From the NCBI GenBank assembly GCA_021799355.1, contig JAJZAQ010000009.1, positions 7,189 to 71,188 on the forward strand: 64,000 nucleotides of DNA. The letters are read 5' to 3'. This DNA is from Pseudomonadota bacterium (GTDB lineage Bacteria > Pseudomonadota > Gammaproteobacteria > Burkholderiales > Burkholderiaceae_C). Positions 19,355 to 29,974 of the stretch are shown in pieces. Below the pieces are notes generated by a model. That model was given only the letters and a program-made list of their open reading frames with translations, made no database searches and was not told the origin of the DNA. The translations under genes and the position numbers were made by a program. The first letter of the stretch is position 1. Each line of letters opens with the position of its first letter.

Positions 19355-20566
19355 TCAGGCAAGATAGGGAAGACCCGAAGCATAGCGGCTGAGCAAGTGC
19401 TTGACCGCCGGCAGGGCATTGGTGGCGCGCAGGCCGAGCGCGCGCAGCGGCGCCGGAACCAGGCTGTGCGCGGCGTACAGCCGGGCCAGCGCGTCGGTGG
19501 CGGTGGCCAGCGCCAGCACCTGTTCGGCACGGGCGCGGGCGTAGCGCCGCAGCAGCCGCGGGTCGTTCACCGCCTGTCCCGGGCGGCGCTGCTGCAGGGT
19601 GTGGGCGAGTGCCTGCACGTCCTGCAGCCCGAGGTTCAACCCTTGCCCGGCCAGCGGGTGGACGCGGTGCGCGGCGTCGCCGATCAGCGCCACGCCGTCG
19701 GCGACCAGACGGCGGGCGAGCTGGCGCTGCAGCGGCCACGAGCCGACGCCGCCGGCGGGCTGCAGCGGCGCGAGGTGCGTGGCGCCCAGCGCCGGCAGAT
19801 ACGCCTGCACGCGGGAGGCCAGGGCGTCGGCCGACAGCGAGAGCAGGTCCTGCGCCAGGGGCTGCGGTGCCGACCAGACCAGCGACACCATCGGCTGGCC
19901 CTGCAACGGCGGCAGCGGCAACAGGGCGATGACCCCGCCGTCGGCGAACGTCTGGTAAGCCACGCCGTCGGCCGGGGCGGCGCAGACGAAATGCGTCACC
20001 AGGCCGCGCTGCACATAATCGTGGGTGTCGGTGGCGATGCCGGCGCTGCGCCGCACCAGGCTGTGTTCGCCGTCCGCGCCGACGAGCAGCGGCGCGCGCA
20101 GCGTGCGGCCGTCGGCGGTGTGCACGTCCCAGCCTGCGGCGCTGCCGGGCTGGCGGGTCAGGCGCACGGCGTGCTCCGCGTCGCGGTGCACGCCGCGCTC
20201 GAAGCCCAGCGCCAGATCGAGCGCGGCCTCGATGGCGTCGGACTCGACGATCCATGCCAGCGCCTCGACCTGTTCCTGCTGCGCATCGAACTCCAGCCGC
20301 GCGCCGTCGGCCTGGATGTGCATGGCGCGCACCGGCTGCACGCGCGCGGCCGGAATCTGCGGCCAGACGCGAAGCTGGTCGAGCAACTGGCATGACGCCG
20401 CGTTGATCGCGTACACCCGCAGGGTGTAGGCGTCCGCAGGCAGCGCCGCCACCGGGCGGGCGCCGAGCAGGGTGACGCGCAGACCGGTTTGCGCCAGCGC
20501 CAGCGCGCAGGCTTTGGCGCTGAGGCCGCCGCCGCAAATGACGAGATCGGGAGAGAAAGACGACAT
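19355..20566 (-). CDS. UbiH/UbiF/VisC/COQ6-family FAD-dependent ubiquinone-biosynthesis hydroxylase
   Basis: FAD fold DLVICGGGLSAKACALAL and GDAAHRVHPLAGQGLNLGLQD. Start taken at the internal ATG 20566. Confidence 0.85.
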   Translation of the reverse strand: MSSFSPDLVICGGGLSAKACALALAQTGLRVTLLGARPVAALPADAYTLRVYAINAASCQLLDQLRVWPQIPAARVQPVRAMHIQADGARLEFDAQQEQVEALAWIVESDAIEAALDLALGFERGVHRDAEHAVRLTRQPGSAAGWDVHTADGRTLRAPLLVGADGEHSLVRRSAGIATDTHDYVQRGLVTHFVCAAPADGVAYQTFADGGVIALLPLPPLQGQPMVSLVWSAPQPLAQDLLSLSADALASRVQAYLPALGATHLAPLQPAGGVGSWPLQRQLARRLVADGVALIGDAAHRVHPLAGQGLNLGLQDVQALAHTLQQRRPGQAVNDPRLLRRYARARAEQVLALATATDALARLYAAHSLVPAPLRALGLRATNALPAVKHLLSRYASGLPYLA

Positions 20567-20767
20567 GAATCGGGGGTGCACGCTGGTGGCGGCAGACGGT
20601 TGTGACGGGTTCGGCAGAAGCGGGCGGGCGCCGGTGCGGGTCTGCGGGGGCCGGCAGACGGTGCGCGCGACAGCGCATGCCGCGGCCACGGCAGGCTCCT
20701 AGAATCGGCGCATGCCCAATCCACCCTGCATTGTGCCCGCGAAGCCAGCCGGGCGCCGCAAGCCCGG

Positions 20768-23080
20768 ATGATGACTGAGGTCACCGCACCGCAGGACGCA
20801 GCCGCGCCGCGCCGGCGCTGGTGGCTGCGTGCGCTGCGGCTGGTGGTGGCCGCGCTGCTGGCCGCGGGCATCCTCGTCGTCGGCGGGCTGAGCATCGCGC
20901 TGCTGACCTTCGACCCCAACCAATACAAGACGGCGCTGATCCAGGCGATGAAAGAGCGCGAGCACCGCACGCTGCGGCTGCCGGGAACGCTCGAACTCAA
21001 GCTGCTGCCGCCGTTGACCCTGCGCACCGGGCCGTTCACGCTGAGCGAGCGCGACTCGGACGCACCGTTCGCCCGCGCCGACGATTTGCGCCTGCACCTC
21101 GATTTGTTTGCGCTGCTGCGCCACCGCCTGGTCGTCGACCGCGTGGTCATGGTCCGGCCACAGGTGCACATCGTGCGCGACGCGCAGGGGCGGTTCAACT
21201 TCGACGACCTGCTGCCCGGCGCGCAGCCCGGCGCCGAGTTGAGCCGGCTGGCGCTGCGCCTGTCGGTGCACCGCCTGCAGATCGACCAGGGCGACATCCT
21301 GTACGACGACGACAAGGCGCAGTGGCATGGCCGGTTTGCCGCGCTCGACGCCGAAATCGCCGGCCTGGACGGCAGCAGTCAGGGAGCCGTGCGGGTGCAG
21401 ACCGCCGCGCGCTTTACCCAGCCCGCGATGGACACCCGCCTGGCGCTGCGCGCGCTGCTGCAGGCCGATCCGGCGCAGCACACCGTCACTCTGTCACACC
21501 TGGCGCTGTCGGCGCAGGGTGATGCGCTCGGCGCGACGGCACTGCAGGCGCAGCTCAGCGCCGCCGGCATGATGCTGACCACCCGGCCCGCAGGGTCGCT
21601 GCAACTGCGGCAGGCCGCGCTGCAGGCCAGCGGCCGCGCCGGCGGCGACGCGTTGAAGCTGCAGGCCGGTCTGCCGGCGCTGGACATCGCCGCCGATGCC
21701 GTGCGCGCCGGGGCGGTGCACGCCACCGCCGAGCTGGGCACGGCGCAGCCGCTGCGTGTGCAATTCGACACGCAGCCGGCGACCGGGACGTGGGACGCGC
21801 TGCGCGTGGCGGCTGCGCAACTCGACCTGCAGCGTGGCACGCCGGGGCAGCCCGGCGCGGTGCAGCTCGCTGCGGCATCGCCGCTGCAGTGCGCGATGTC
21901 GCCGCTGCGCTGCGAACTTCCGGCGCTCAAGCTGTCGGGCCGCATCGACGGGGGTGCGGCAGCGCAAACGCTGGCGCTGCAGGGGACGGCGCAATACGCC
22001 GCGGCAGCCCCCGCCGGCGTGCAGGCGCAGTTCGATCTGCGCGGCCGGCTGGCGGGCAGCACACTGCAGCTCGGCGGCGCGCTGACGCGCGCTGCGGCGG
22101 CGCCGGCGGCACTGACGCTGAACCTCGACGCCGACCGTCTCGATCTGGACGCCTGGCTGCCGGCCCCAACCGGTGCCAGGCCGCAGCGGGCCGCGGGGTC
22201 TGCGGCGTTGCCGGCGTGGCCGCTGCCGGCATTGCACGTCGATGCCCACTTCAAATGTGGCAGCCTGACGCTCAAGGGGACGCAATGGATCGCGGTGCAG
22301 GGTCAACTGCGCAGCGACGGCCGCAGCGTGACGCTGCAGCCGTTGAACGCGCAGGGTTTCGGCGGGCGCGTGAGCACCACGCTGCACGCCGACTTGGCGC
22401 AGCAGCGCTACACCGTGCAGCAACAGGCCGCCGAGGTCAGCGTGCAGCCGCTGTGGCGCGCGCTCACCGGGCAGGACCTGCTGCTGGGCAAGGCCGGCTG
22501 GACGCTGCACCTGAGCGCGCAGGGCGCCACGATGCAGGCGCTGCTCGCCAGCCTGTCGGGGACGGCGCACGTCGAGGTGAAAAACGGCGCCCTCAAAGGC
22601 CTGAACCTGCTGCAGCCGTTGCACAATGCCCGCCCGCTGCTGGCCGCGCGCCGCGACAGGCGTCTGCCGCTGACCGCCGGTGAGCAGACCGGCTTTACGC
22701 TGCTGCGCGCCAGCTTCACCCTGCGCCAGGGCGTGGCGCAAAACGACGATCTGCTGCTGCAGACCCCGCTGCTGCGCGTGACCGGCGAAGGCTGGTTCGA
22801 TCTGCCCGCGCAGCGGCTGGATTACGTCCTGCTGCCTGCGGTCAGCGGCGTGCCGACGGCGCGGGACGCCGCCGAGTTCGCCGCCGTGCGCAACCTGACG
22901 GTGCCGCTGCGCATCAGCGGCGAATTCGCCAGACCGGTGTGCACCGTGCTGTGGTCGCAGGCGGGCAAACCCGCGCTGCGGCAACTGCTGCAGCCCAGCC
23001 TGCAGCGGCAGTTGCCGCCGCCCGGGGCATCGGGGGCGCAGCCGCCGGCCGCAGGTCTGCTCAAGCGCTGGCTGCCTTGA
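20768..23080 (+). CDS. AsmA-family outer-membrane biogenesis protein
   Basis: 770 aa. N-terminal TM anchor, then a long Ala/Leu/Gln-rich beta-rich body. The C-terminal LLRVTGEGWFDL region is AsmA-like. Confidence 0.8.
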   Translation: MMTEVTAPQDAAAPRRRWWLRALRLVVAALLAAGILVVGGLSIALLTFDPNQYKTALIQAMKEREHRTLRLPGTLELKLLPPLTLRTGPFTLSERDSDAPFARADDLRLHLDLFALLRHRLVVDRVVMVRPQVHIVRDAQGRFNFDDLLPGAQPGAELSRLALRLSVHRLQIDQGDILYDDDKAQWHGRFAALDAEIAGLDGSSQGAVRVQTAARFTQPAMDTRLALRALLQADPAQHTVTLSHLALSAQGDALGATALQAQLSAAGMMLTTRPAGSLQLRQAALQASGRAGGDALKLQAGLPALDIAADAVRAGAVHATAELGTAQPLRVQFDTQPATGTWDALRVAAAQLDLQRGTPGQPGAVQLAAASPLQCAMSPLRCELPALKLSGRIDGGAAAQTLALQGTAQYAAAAPAGVQAQFDLRGRLAGSTLQLGGALTRAAAAPAALTLNLDADRLDLDAWLPAPTGARPQRAAGSAALPAWPLPALHVDAHFKCGSLTLKGTQWIAVQGQLRSDGRSVTLQPLNAQGFGGRVSTTLHADLAQQRYTVQQQAAEVSVQPLWRALTGQDLLLGKAGWTLHLSAQGATMQALLASLSGTAHVEVKNGALKGLNLLQPLHNARPLLAARRDRRLPLTAGEQTGFTLLRASFTLRQGVAQNDDLLLQTPLLRVTGEGWFDLPAQRLDYVLLPAVSGVPTARDAAEFAAVRNLTVPLRISGEFARPVCTVLWSQAGKPALRQLLQPSLQRQLPPPGASGAQPPAAGLLKRWLP

Positions 23081-23126
23081 GACGGCGTCGTGCAGGCGCA
23101 AGGTATGCTGCGGACGATGTGAATGG

Positions 23127-24044
23127 ATGGCTCCGATGAACTCCGCACCGCCTCCCCAACCCGATCTGGGCGCGCACACCGAACCGCCGCAACACCTCGA
23201 TTTCGCCGAAACGCAGCATCCGCTCGAAGCGCTGGCGCGTTCGGGCGACGTGACGGCGCAGGAATGGCTGGGCGCGCATTACCACGACCGCAACGACTTC
23301 GTCCACGCCGCGCAGTGGTACCGCAAGGCCGCCGATCAGGGCTCTGCGGGGGCCAAATACAACCTCGGCTGGCTGTACGTGCACGGCCACGGCGTGCCGC
23401 AGGACGACACGCAGGCGCTGGCGCTGTGGCAGCAGGCGGCGCAGGCCGGTCTGGCGCGGGCGATGAACGGACTGGGGTTTTTGTACGAGCACGGCCGCGG
23501 CGTGGCGCGCAGCGACACCCAGGCGCGGCAGTGGTACGCGCGTGCCGCCGAGGCGGGAGACGCCGGCGGACAGTGCAATCTGGGCATTTTTTTGCAGACC
23601 GGGCGTGGCGGCCCGGCCGATCTGCCCGGGGCGGCGCAGATGTTTTCGCTGGCCGCGCACCAGGGGCACCGCGAAGCGTGTTACCGCTATGCCCATGTGC
23701 TGCTGGCCGGGCAGGGGGTGGCGAAGGACGAGGCGCAGGCGGTCGTCTGGCTGCGCAGGGCAGCGGAAATGAACCTGCTGGCGGCGCAGCGCGAGCTGGC
23801 GACGCTGCTGGCGCTGGGTCGCGGCACGCCGCAGGATTACACCCAGGCGGCGGCGTGGTACCAGCGCGCCGCGGAGCAGGGCGACGCCGCGGCGCAGTTC
23901 AACCTCGGCGTGCTGTACTGGCGCGGCCTGGGCAAGCTGCAGGACATGGACAAGGCGCGCTACTGGTGGGCCCAGGCGGCGGCGCAGGGCGACGAGCGGG
24001 CGCGCCAGAACCTCGACGCGCTGCAGCAGGGCGCGCGTGGCTGA
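23127..24044 (+). CDS. Sel1-repeat (TPR-like) protein
   Basis: About 7 tandem copies of roughly 36 aa with the pattern A..WY.KAA.QG.A.A...LG.LY..G.GV..D...A..W. Confidence 0.85.
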   Translation: MAPMNSAPPPQPDLGAHTEPPQHLDFAETQHPLEALARSGDVTAQEWLGAHYHDRNDFVHAAQWYRKAADQGSAGAKYNLGWLYVHGHGVPQDDTQALALWQQAAQAGLARAMNGLGFLYEHGRGVARSDTQARQWYARAAEAGDAGGQCNLGIFLQTGRGGPADLPGAAQMFSLAAHQGHREACYRYAHVLLAGQGVAKDEAQAVVWLRRAAEMNLLAAQRELATLLALGRGTPQDYTQAAAWYQRAAEQGDAAAQFNLGVLYWRGLGKLQDMDKARYWWAQAAAQGDERARQNLDALQQGARG

Positions 24045-24054
24045 GGGCGCAGGC

Positions 24055-24876
24055 ATGGCGACGCTGGGCGACTTGCGCCGTCTGCGTGTCGAGCCGGGGC
24101 AGGCGTTTGACCTGCGCGACCGCGCCACGCAGCTGGACCTGCCCGGTGATCCATCGAAGGAGCAGATCGAAGCCGAGCTCGCGGCGCTGCGCGCGCAGAT
24201 CGGCGACATCCAGGACCTGCTGTTCACCCGCCGCGAACGGGCGCTGCTGGTGGTGCTGCAGGGCATGGACTCGGCCGGCAAGGACAGTACGACCAAGGCG
24301 GTGTTCACCGGGGTGAACCCGCTGGGCATCCGCGCGGCATCGTTCAGCGTGCCCACGCCGCAGGAGCGCCGCCACGACTATCTCTGGCGGGTGCATGCGC
24401 AGGTGCCGCCGCTGGGGTGCATCGGCGTGTTCAACCGCAGCCATTACGAGGAACCGGTGATCCGGCGCGTGCACGGCGAACTGAAAAACGGGGAGATGAA
24501 GCGGTATTTGCGCCAGATCGCCGATTTCGAGCAAATGCTCGTCGACAACGGCACGGCCATCGTCAAGTGCTTCTTACACCTGAGCTTCGACGAGCAGCGG
24601 CAGCGGCTGCAGGAACGCATCGACAATCCGCTGAAAAACTGGAAATTCGACCCGAGCGATCTGCAGGAGCGGCAATACTGGCAGGCCTACCAGACGGCGT
24701 ACGGCCAGGCGTTGCAGGCCACGTCGACCGAAGCCGCGCCGTGGTACGTCGTGCCCGCCGACCGCAAGCCGGTGCGCAACCTGCTCGTCGCCCGCCTGGT
24801 GCTGGGCGCGCTGCAGGCGCTCAAGCCGCAGCCGCCGGCGCGCAAGCCCGAGCTCGCCGGGCTGAAGGTGCACTGA
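24055..24876 (+). CDS. polyphosphate kinase 2 family protein (single-domain, short form)
   Basis: Walker A-like LQGMDSAGKDS, plus the FNRSHYEE and WYVVPADRK segments of PPK2. Confidence 0.85.
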   Translation: MATLGDLRRLRVEPGQAFDLRDRATQLDLPGDPSKEQIEAELAALRAQIGDIQDLLFTRRERALLVVLQGMDSAGKDSTTKAVFTGVNPLGIRAASFSVPTPQERRHDYLWRVHAQVPPLGCIGVFNRSHYEEPVIRRVHGELKNGEMKRYLRQIADFEQMLVDNGTAIVKCFLHLSFDEQRQRLQERIDNPLKNWKFDPSDLQERQYWQAYQTAYGQALQATSTEAAPWYVVPADRKPVRNLLVARLVLGALQALKPQPPARKPELAGLKVH

Positions 24877-24884
24877 CGGCGGCG

Positions 24885-25418
24885 TCACCACATCCGGCGC
24901 AGGCTGGCGTCACGCCGCACCACGGCGTGGTACAGCGCGGCGACGACGTGCACGCCCACCAGCGCGAGCAGCCCCAGCGCCAGCGCCTGATGCGCGTCGC
25001 CCAACGGCTCGGCCCAGGCCGGCAGCGGCGGCAGCAAGGCCGGCAGGGCGACGAGCCCGGCCCAGTGCACCGGCCAGTCGCGCGCCGACGCCGCCAGCCA
25101 GCCCAGCAGCGGCAGCACGGCAAAGCCGGCGTACAGCAGCAGGTGCGCGGCGTGTGCGGCGCGCGCCTGCCACGCCGGCATGGGCGGGCCGGGCGGCGGC
25201 GCCTTGAACAGCCGCCAGAGCAGGCGCAGCAGCATGACGCTCAGAATCACCATGCCCACGCCGACGTGCCACGACGCCAGCGTGCCTTCGGCGGCACCGC
25301 GGTGGTCGGTCATGCTCCAGGCCAGGGGATATTCAAGCGCGATGAGCAGCACGGCGGCGGCGTGCAGCCAGCGCGACAGCGGGTGATAACGTTGGGTGGC
25401 AGCAGAGGAAGCAATCAT
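24885..25418 (-). CDS. cytochrome b561 family protein
   Basis: 177 aa, 4 TM helices. Conserved His positions: N-terminal RWLHAAAVLLI and C-terminal LVGVHVVAALYHAVV. Confidence 0.8.
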   Translation of the reverse strand: MIASSAATQRYHPLSRWLHAAAVLLIALEYPLAWSMTDHRGAAEGTLASWHVGVGMVILSVMLLRLLWRLFKAPPPGPPMPAWQARAAHAAHLLLYAGFAVLPLLGWLAASARDWPVHWAGLVALPALLPPLPAWAEPLGDAHQALALGLLALVGVHVVAALYHAVVRRDASLRRMW

Positions 25419-25520
25419 CTCCGGAACGCCGCCAGGGGCGGCCAGGTCGTGCAGACGGGAGCAAGCCTAGGCCGCCAGACTTAGCCGCGGCTGAGCCGGG
25501 CGGCAGCCGCGCAGCGGGCT

Positions 25521-26984
25521 TCAGGCCGTGCCGCCGACGGTCATGCCGTCCAGGCGCAGCGTCGGCTGGCCCACGCCCACCGGCACGCTCTGCCCCTCCT
25601 TGCCGCAGGTGCCCACGCCGCTGTCCAGCCGCAGGTCGTTGCCGATGAGTTTTACCCGGGTGAGCGCGTCCGGGCCGTTGCCGATGAGCGTGGCGCCCTT
25701 GACCGGGTATTGCAGCCTGCCGTTTTCCACCCACCACGCCTCGCTGGCGGAGAACACGAACTTGCCGCTGGTGATGTCCACCTGCCCGCCGCCGAAGTTC
25801 ACCGCGTACAGCCCGCGGTCGAGGCTGGCGATGACCTCCTGCGGGTCCCTATCGCCGGCCAGCATGTAGGTGTTGGTCATGCGCGGCAGCGGCACGTGCG
25901 CATAGCTTTCGCGCCGGCCGTTGCCGGTGGGGGCACGGCCCATCAGCCGGGCGTTGAGCAGGTCCTGCATGTAGCCCACCAGAATGCCGTCTTCGATCAG
26001 CACGTTGCGCTGCGTCGGGTTGCCTTCGTCGTCGACGTTGAGCGAACCGCGCCGCCCGGGCAGGGTGCCGTCGTCGAGTACGGTCACGCCGCGCGCGGCC
26101 ACGCGCTGACCCAGCCGCCCGGCGAAGGCGCTCGATCCCTTGCGGTTGAAGTCGCCTTCCAGGCCGTGGCCGATGGCCTCGTGCAGCAGCACGCCCGGCC
26201 AGCCGGGGCCGAGCACCACGTTCATCTCTCCTGCCGGTGCCGGGCGGCTGTCGAGGTTGGTCAGCGCGGTGCTCACCGCCTCGTCGACGTACTGGCCGAC
26301 CAGGGCGTCGTCGAACAGATCCAGGCCGAAACGCCCGCCGCCGCCCGACGTACCGGATTCGCGCCGGCCGCCCTGCTCGACGATGACGTTGATGCTCAGC
26401 CGCACCAGTGGCCGCACGTCGGCGGCGAGCAGCCCGTCGGAGCGCAGCACCAGCATGACGTCGTATTCGCCACCCAGGCTGGCCATGACCTGCACCACGC
26501 GCGGGTCTTTGGCCCGTGCCAGCCGGTCGACCTTGTGCAGCAGCGCCACCTTGGCGCTGGAGTCCAGCGCCTCCAGCGGGTCGGCCGCGCCGTAGAGCAC
26601 GCGCGCCGCGCTGCGCCGGGTGTCGGCCGGGACTTTGGCGCTGCCCTGGCCGGCGCGGGCGATGCTGCGCACGGTGTCGGCGGCTTCGCGCAGCGCCGTC
26701 GCGGAAATGTCGTCGGAATAGGCGAAGGCGGTTTTTTCCCCCTGCACGGCGCGGATGCCGAAGCCCTGCTCGATGTCGAAGCTGCCCGACTTGACCATGC
26801 CCTCTTCCAGGCTCCAGCCTTCGGATCGGGTGTACTGCAGGTAGACGTCGGCGTAATCCAGGCGGTGCTGAAACACGCGGCGCAGCGCATGCTGCAGCGC
26901 GGTTTCGTCGAGCTGGAAGGGGTCGAGCAGGACGCGGCGCGCCTCGTCCAGGCGCCGCAGCGCGGGTTCGGTCAGCAGATTCAT
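25521..26984 (-). CDS. tldD: metalloprotease TldD
   Basis: 487 aa from ATG 26984. Contains LLHEAIGHGLEGD (HExxxH) and a C-terminus typical of TldD. Confidence 0.93.
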   Translation of the reverse strand: MNLLTEPALRRLDEARRVLLDPFQLDETALQHALRRVFQHRLDYADVYLQYTRSEGWSLEEGMVKSGSFDIEQGFGIRAVQGEKTAFAYSDDISATALREAADTVRSIARAGQGSAKVPADTRRSAARVLYGAADPLEALDSSAKVALLHKVDRLARAKDPRVVQVMASLGGEYDVMLVLRSDGLLAADVRPLVRLSINVIVEQGGRRESGTSGGGGRFGLDLFDDALVGQYVDEAVSTALTNLDSRPAPAGEMNVVLGPGWPGVLLHEAIGHGLEGDFNRKGSSAFAGRLGQRVAARGVTVLDDGTLPGRRGSLNVDDEGNPTQRNVLIEDGILVGYMQDLLNARLMGRAPTGNGRRESYAHVPLPRMTNTYMLAGDRDPQEVIASLDRGLYAVNFGGGQVDITSGKFVFSASEAWWVENGRLQYPVKGATLIGNGPDALTRVKLIGNDLRLDSGVGTCGKEGQSVPVGVGQPTLRLDGMTVGGTA

Positions 26985-27055
26985 GCCGCTGATTGTAGAA
27001 AGCGCGGCATGCCCCTGCGCACCATGCGCGTTGCGCCGGGGTGGGTCACGCCGTC

Positions 27056-27553
27056 CTAGCCGGCGGCGACCCAGTCGCCGGATTTGCCGCCGTGCTTTTC
27101 CAGCAGGCGCACGCCGTCGATGGTCATGCCACGATCCACCGCCTTGCACATGTCGTAAATCGTCAGCAGCCCGACCTGCACGGCGGTGAGCGCTTCCATT
27201 TCGACGCCGGTGCGGCCGCGGGTTTCGGCGGTGACGGTGCAGTGGATGCGGCTGTCGGCTTCCACCAGGGTGAATTCCACCGCGACGCGGTCGAGTGCGA
27301 TGGGGTGGCACAGCGGAATGAGGTCGGCGGTGCGTTTGCTCGCCATGATCGCCGCCACCCGCGCCACGCCGAGCACGTCGCCCTTTTTCGCGTTGCCGTC
27401 GCGCACCAGCGCGAACGTCGCCGGCTGCATGCGGATGCAGCCGGTGGCCACGGCCACGCGATGTGTCTGCGCCTTGCCGCCGACGTCGACCATGTGCGCC
27501 TGGCCCGCGGCGTCGAAGTGGGTCAGACCGGAGGATGCGGGTGTGGAGCTCAT
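27056..27553 (-). CDS. moaC: cyclic pyranopterin monophosphate synthase
   Basis: 165 aa. Contains [18 protein letters not shown] and [13 protein letters not shown]. Confidence 0.95.
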   Translation of the reverse strand: MSSTPASSGLTHFDAAGQAHMVDVGGKAQTHRVAVATGCIRMQPATFALVRDGNAKKGDVLGVARVAAIMASKRTADLIPLCHPIALDRVAVEFTLVEADSRIHCTVTAETRGRTGVEMEALTAVQVGLLTIYDMCKAVDRGMTIDGVRLLEKHGGKSGDWVAAG

Positions 27554-28422
27554 GCTGTGGATGGCGTGGCGACGGGATGGGCGAGCTGGTTGATGGTGTC
27601 ACGCAGGCGGCGGGCTTCGCGCCGCGCGGCGTCGGCGAACTCGCGTCCGCTGCCGGCGTAGAGCACGCTGCGCGAGGCGTTGATGAGGAAGTTGCCGCGC
27701 GCTGCGCGTACCGTGGCGGCCAGATCGCCACCCTGGGCACCGATGCCGGGGATGAGCAGCGGCACGTCGGCGGCGATGGCGCGGATGCGTTCGATGTCCC
27801 CGGGGTTGGTCGCGCCGGCGACCAGGCCGTTCTGGCCGTGGCGGTTCCAGTCGTTGGCGGCCAGCCGCGCCACGCGCTCGAACAGCAGTTCGGCGCCCAG
27901 GTGCGGCGACGGCTGCCCGTCGCCGGCGGCCAGCGGCAGCGTCTGCAGGTCGGCGCCTCCGGGGTTGGAGGTGCGGCACAGCACGAACAGCCCGCGTTCG
28001 GGGTAGTGCAGATACGGTTCGAGCGAGTCGAACCCCATGTACGGCGACAGCGTCAGCGCGTCGGCGTCGAAGCGCACGAACGCCTCGCGGGCGTACTGCT
28101 CGGCGGTGGCACCGATGTCGCCGCGCTTGGCGTCGAGAATGACCGGCACCCCGGGCGCGGCCTTGCGGATGTGCGCGATCAGCCGGGCGAGTTGGTCCTC
28201 GGCGCCGAGCGCGGCAAAGTAGGCGATCTGCGGCTTGTAGGCGCAGACCAGGTCGGCGGTGGCGTCGACGATGGCGGCACAGAAATCGAACAGCCGCAGC
28301 GCGTCGAACGTCCACGGCGCGGGAAAGCGCGACGGCTCGGGGTCCAGGCCGACGCACAGCGCCGAGTTGTTGCGCAGCGCGGCGTCGCGCCACTGCGCGG
28401 TGAAGGACGGGCGGGAGGTCAT
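27550..28422 (-). CDS. pyrF: orotidine 5'-phosphate decarboxylase (long, type 2)
   Basis: Contains LCVGLDPEP and [14 protein letters not shown]. Its stop overlaps the moaC ATG (ATGA). Confidence 0.9.
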   Translation of the reverse strand: MTSRPSFTAQWRDAALRNNSALCVGLDPEPSRFPAPWTFDALRLFDFCAAIVDATADLVCAYKPQIAYFAALGAEDQLARLIAHIRKAAPGVPVILDAKRGDIGATAEQYAREAFVRFDADALTLSPYMGFDSLEPYLHYPERGLFVLCRTSNPGGADLQTLPLAAGDGQPSPHLGAELLFERVARLAANDWNRHGQNGLVAGATNPGDIERIRAIAADVPLLIPGIGAQGGDLAATVRAARGNFLINASRSVLYAGSGREFADAARREARRLRDTINQLAHPVATPSTA

Positions 28423-28508
28423 GATGCGGCGCATTGTAGGCAGGGGAATTGACACCGACTTGACGCCGGCCCTCTACCATTGCGCTGTCGCCGTCCTTCG
28501 TTTTCGCC

Positions 28509-29954
28509 ATGCGTCCCAGCCGTCGCCGCTTTCTCGCTTCCACCCTGGCCCTGACGGGCGCGCCGCTGCTGGCCCGCGCGCAGCAGACTGCATGGGGGAG
28601 CAGCGCCGCCTTGCCCGCCGACGTGGCGCAGGCGCTGGACACCGCGCGCATTCCGCTGCAGTCCTGCGCCTTCGTGCTGCAGGCGCTCGACAGCGCCGTG
28701 CCGCAGATCGAGGTCAACGCCGCGGCGCCGATGAACCCGGCGTCGGTGCTCAAGCTGGTGACCACGTACAGCGCGCTGCGCATCCTCGGCCCGGCTTACG
28801 TGTGGAAAACGCCGGTGTACGCCGTCGGGCCGCTGCGCGCCGGGGTGCTGCACGGCGATCTGGCGTTCGTCGGCAGCGGCGACCCGCACCTGATGGCCGA
28901 CAATCTGTGGAGCATCGCGCTGCGGCTGCGCGACCTGGGGCTGCGCCGCATCGACGGCGACGTGCTCATCGACCGCCAGGCGTTCGACCTGCCGCCGCAC
29001 GACCCGGCGGCGTTCGACGGCGATGCCACCGCGCCGTACAACGTCGGCCCGGACGCGTTTTTGGTCAACTTTGGCGTGCTGCGTCTGGGCTTCGTTCCCG
29101 ATGCACAGGCGCGGGCGGTGCGCGTGACGGTCGAGCCGCCGCTGGCCGGGTTCGACCTGCGCGAGACGCCCAGACTCAGCACCACGGCCTGCGGCAACTG
29201 GAAGGACAAGCTCGGTGCCGACTGGAGGCAACCGTTCGCCCCACGTTTTTCCGGCAGTTACGCCGCGGCCTGCGGCACGCAGACCTGGAACATCGCGCCG
29301 CAGGTCAGCGACAACGCGTATGTGCAACGCCTGCTCGGCGCGCTGTTTGCGCAGGTCGGCATCGCCTGGCAGGGGCGGGTGCGTACCGCGCCGCTGCCGG
29401 CCACGGCCAGCGAGCTGACGGTGTGGGAATCGCCTGCGCTGGCCGTGGTGGTGCGCGACATCAACAAATACAGCAACAACGTCATGGCGCAGCAGGTGTT
29501 TCTCACCCTGGCGCTGGCCGCCGGGGCGCAGCGCGCCACCTGGGCCGGCGCGCAGCAGGCGGTGCAGCAGTGGCTGTCCACCCACGGTCTGCCGATGCCG
29601 GGGCTGGTGCTGGACAACGGCTGCGGCCTGTCGCGCACCGCGCGGGTGTCGGCTGCCGACCTCAACGCCCTGCTGCGTGCGGCCTGGCACAGCGCGGTGA
29701 TGCCCGAATTCGTCGCCTCGCTGCCTCTGGCCGGGGAGGATGGCACGCTACGTCGCCATTTCCGCGACGCCGACACGGCCGGCCGCATCCACGCCAAGAC
29801 CGGCAGCCTCGACGGCGTGCTGACCCTGGCCGGTTACGCCCAGGCGCGAAGCGGCAGGCGCTACACCTTTGCCGCGCTGGTCAACGATCCGCGTGCCGGC
29901 GGCGCCTGGCCGGCGCTGCAGGCCTTCGTCAACAGCTTCATGCAGACGGCGTGA
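28509..29954 (+). CDS. dacB: D-alanyl-D-alanine carboxypeptidase/endopeptidase (PBP4 family)
   Basis: Tat-like leader MRPSRRRFLAS. Motifs SxxK (PASVLK), SxN (YSNN) and KTG (KTGS). Confidence 0.9.
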   Translation: MRPSRRRFLASTLALTGAPLLARAQQTAWGSSAALPADVAQALDTARIPLQSCAFVLQALDSAVPQIEVNAAAPMNPASVLKLVTTYSALRILGPAYVWKTPVYAVGPLRAGVLHGDLAFVGSGDPHLMADNLWSIALRLRDLGLRRIDGDVLIDRQAFDLPPHDPAAFDGDATAPYNVGPDAFLVNFGVLRLGFVPDAQARAVRVTVEPPLAGFDLRETPRLSTTACGNWKDKLGADWRQPFAPRFSGSYAAACGTQTWNIAPQVSDNAYVQRLLGALFAQVGIAWQGRVRTAPLPATASELTVWESPALAVVVRDINKYSNNVMAQQVFLTLALAAGAQRATWAGAQQAVQQWLSTHGLPMPGLVLDNGCGLSRTARVSAADLNALLRAAWHSAVMPEFVASLPLAGEDGTLRRHFRDADTAGRIHAKTGSLDGVLTLAGYAQARSGRRYTFAALVNDPRAGGAWPALQAFVNSFMQTA

Positions 29955-29974
29955 AAGGACAGGGAGACGGCGCG

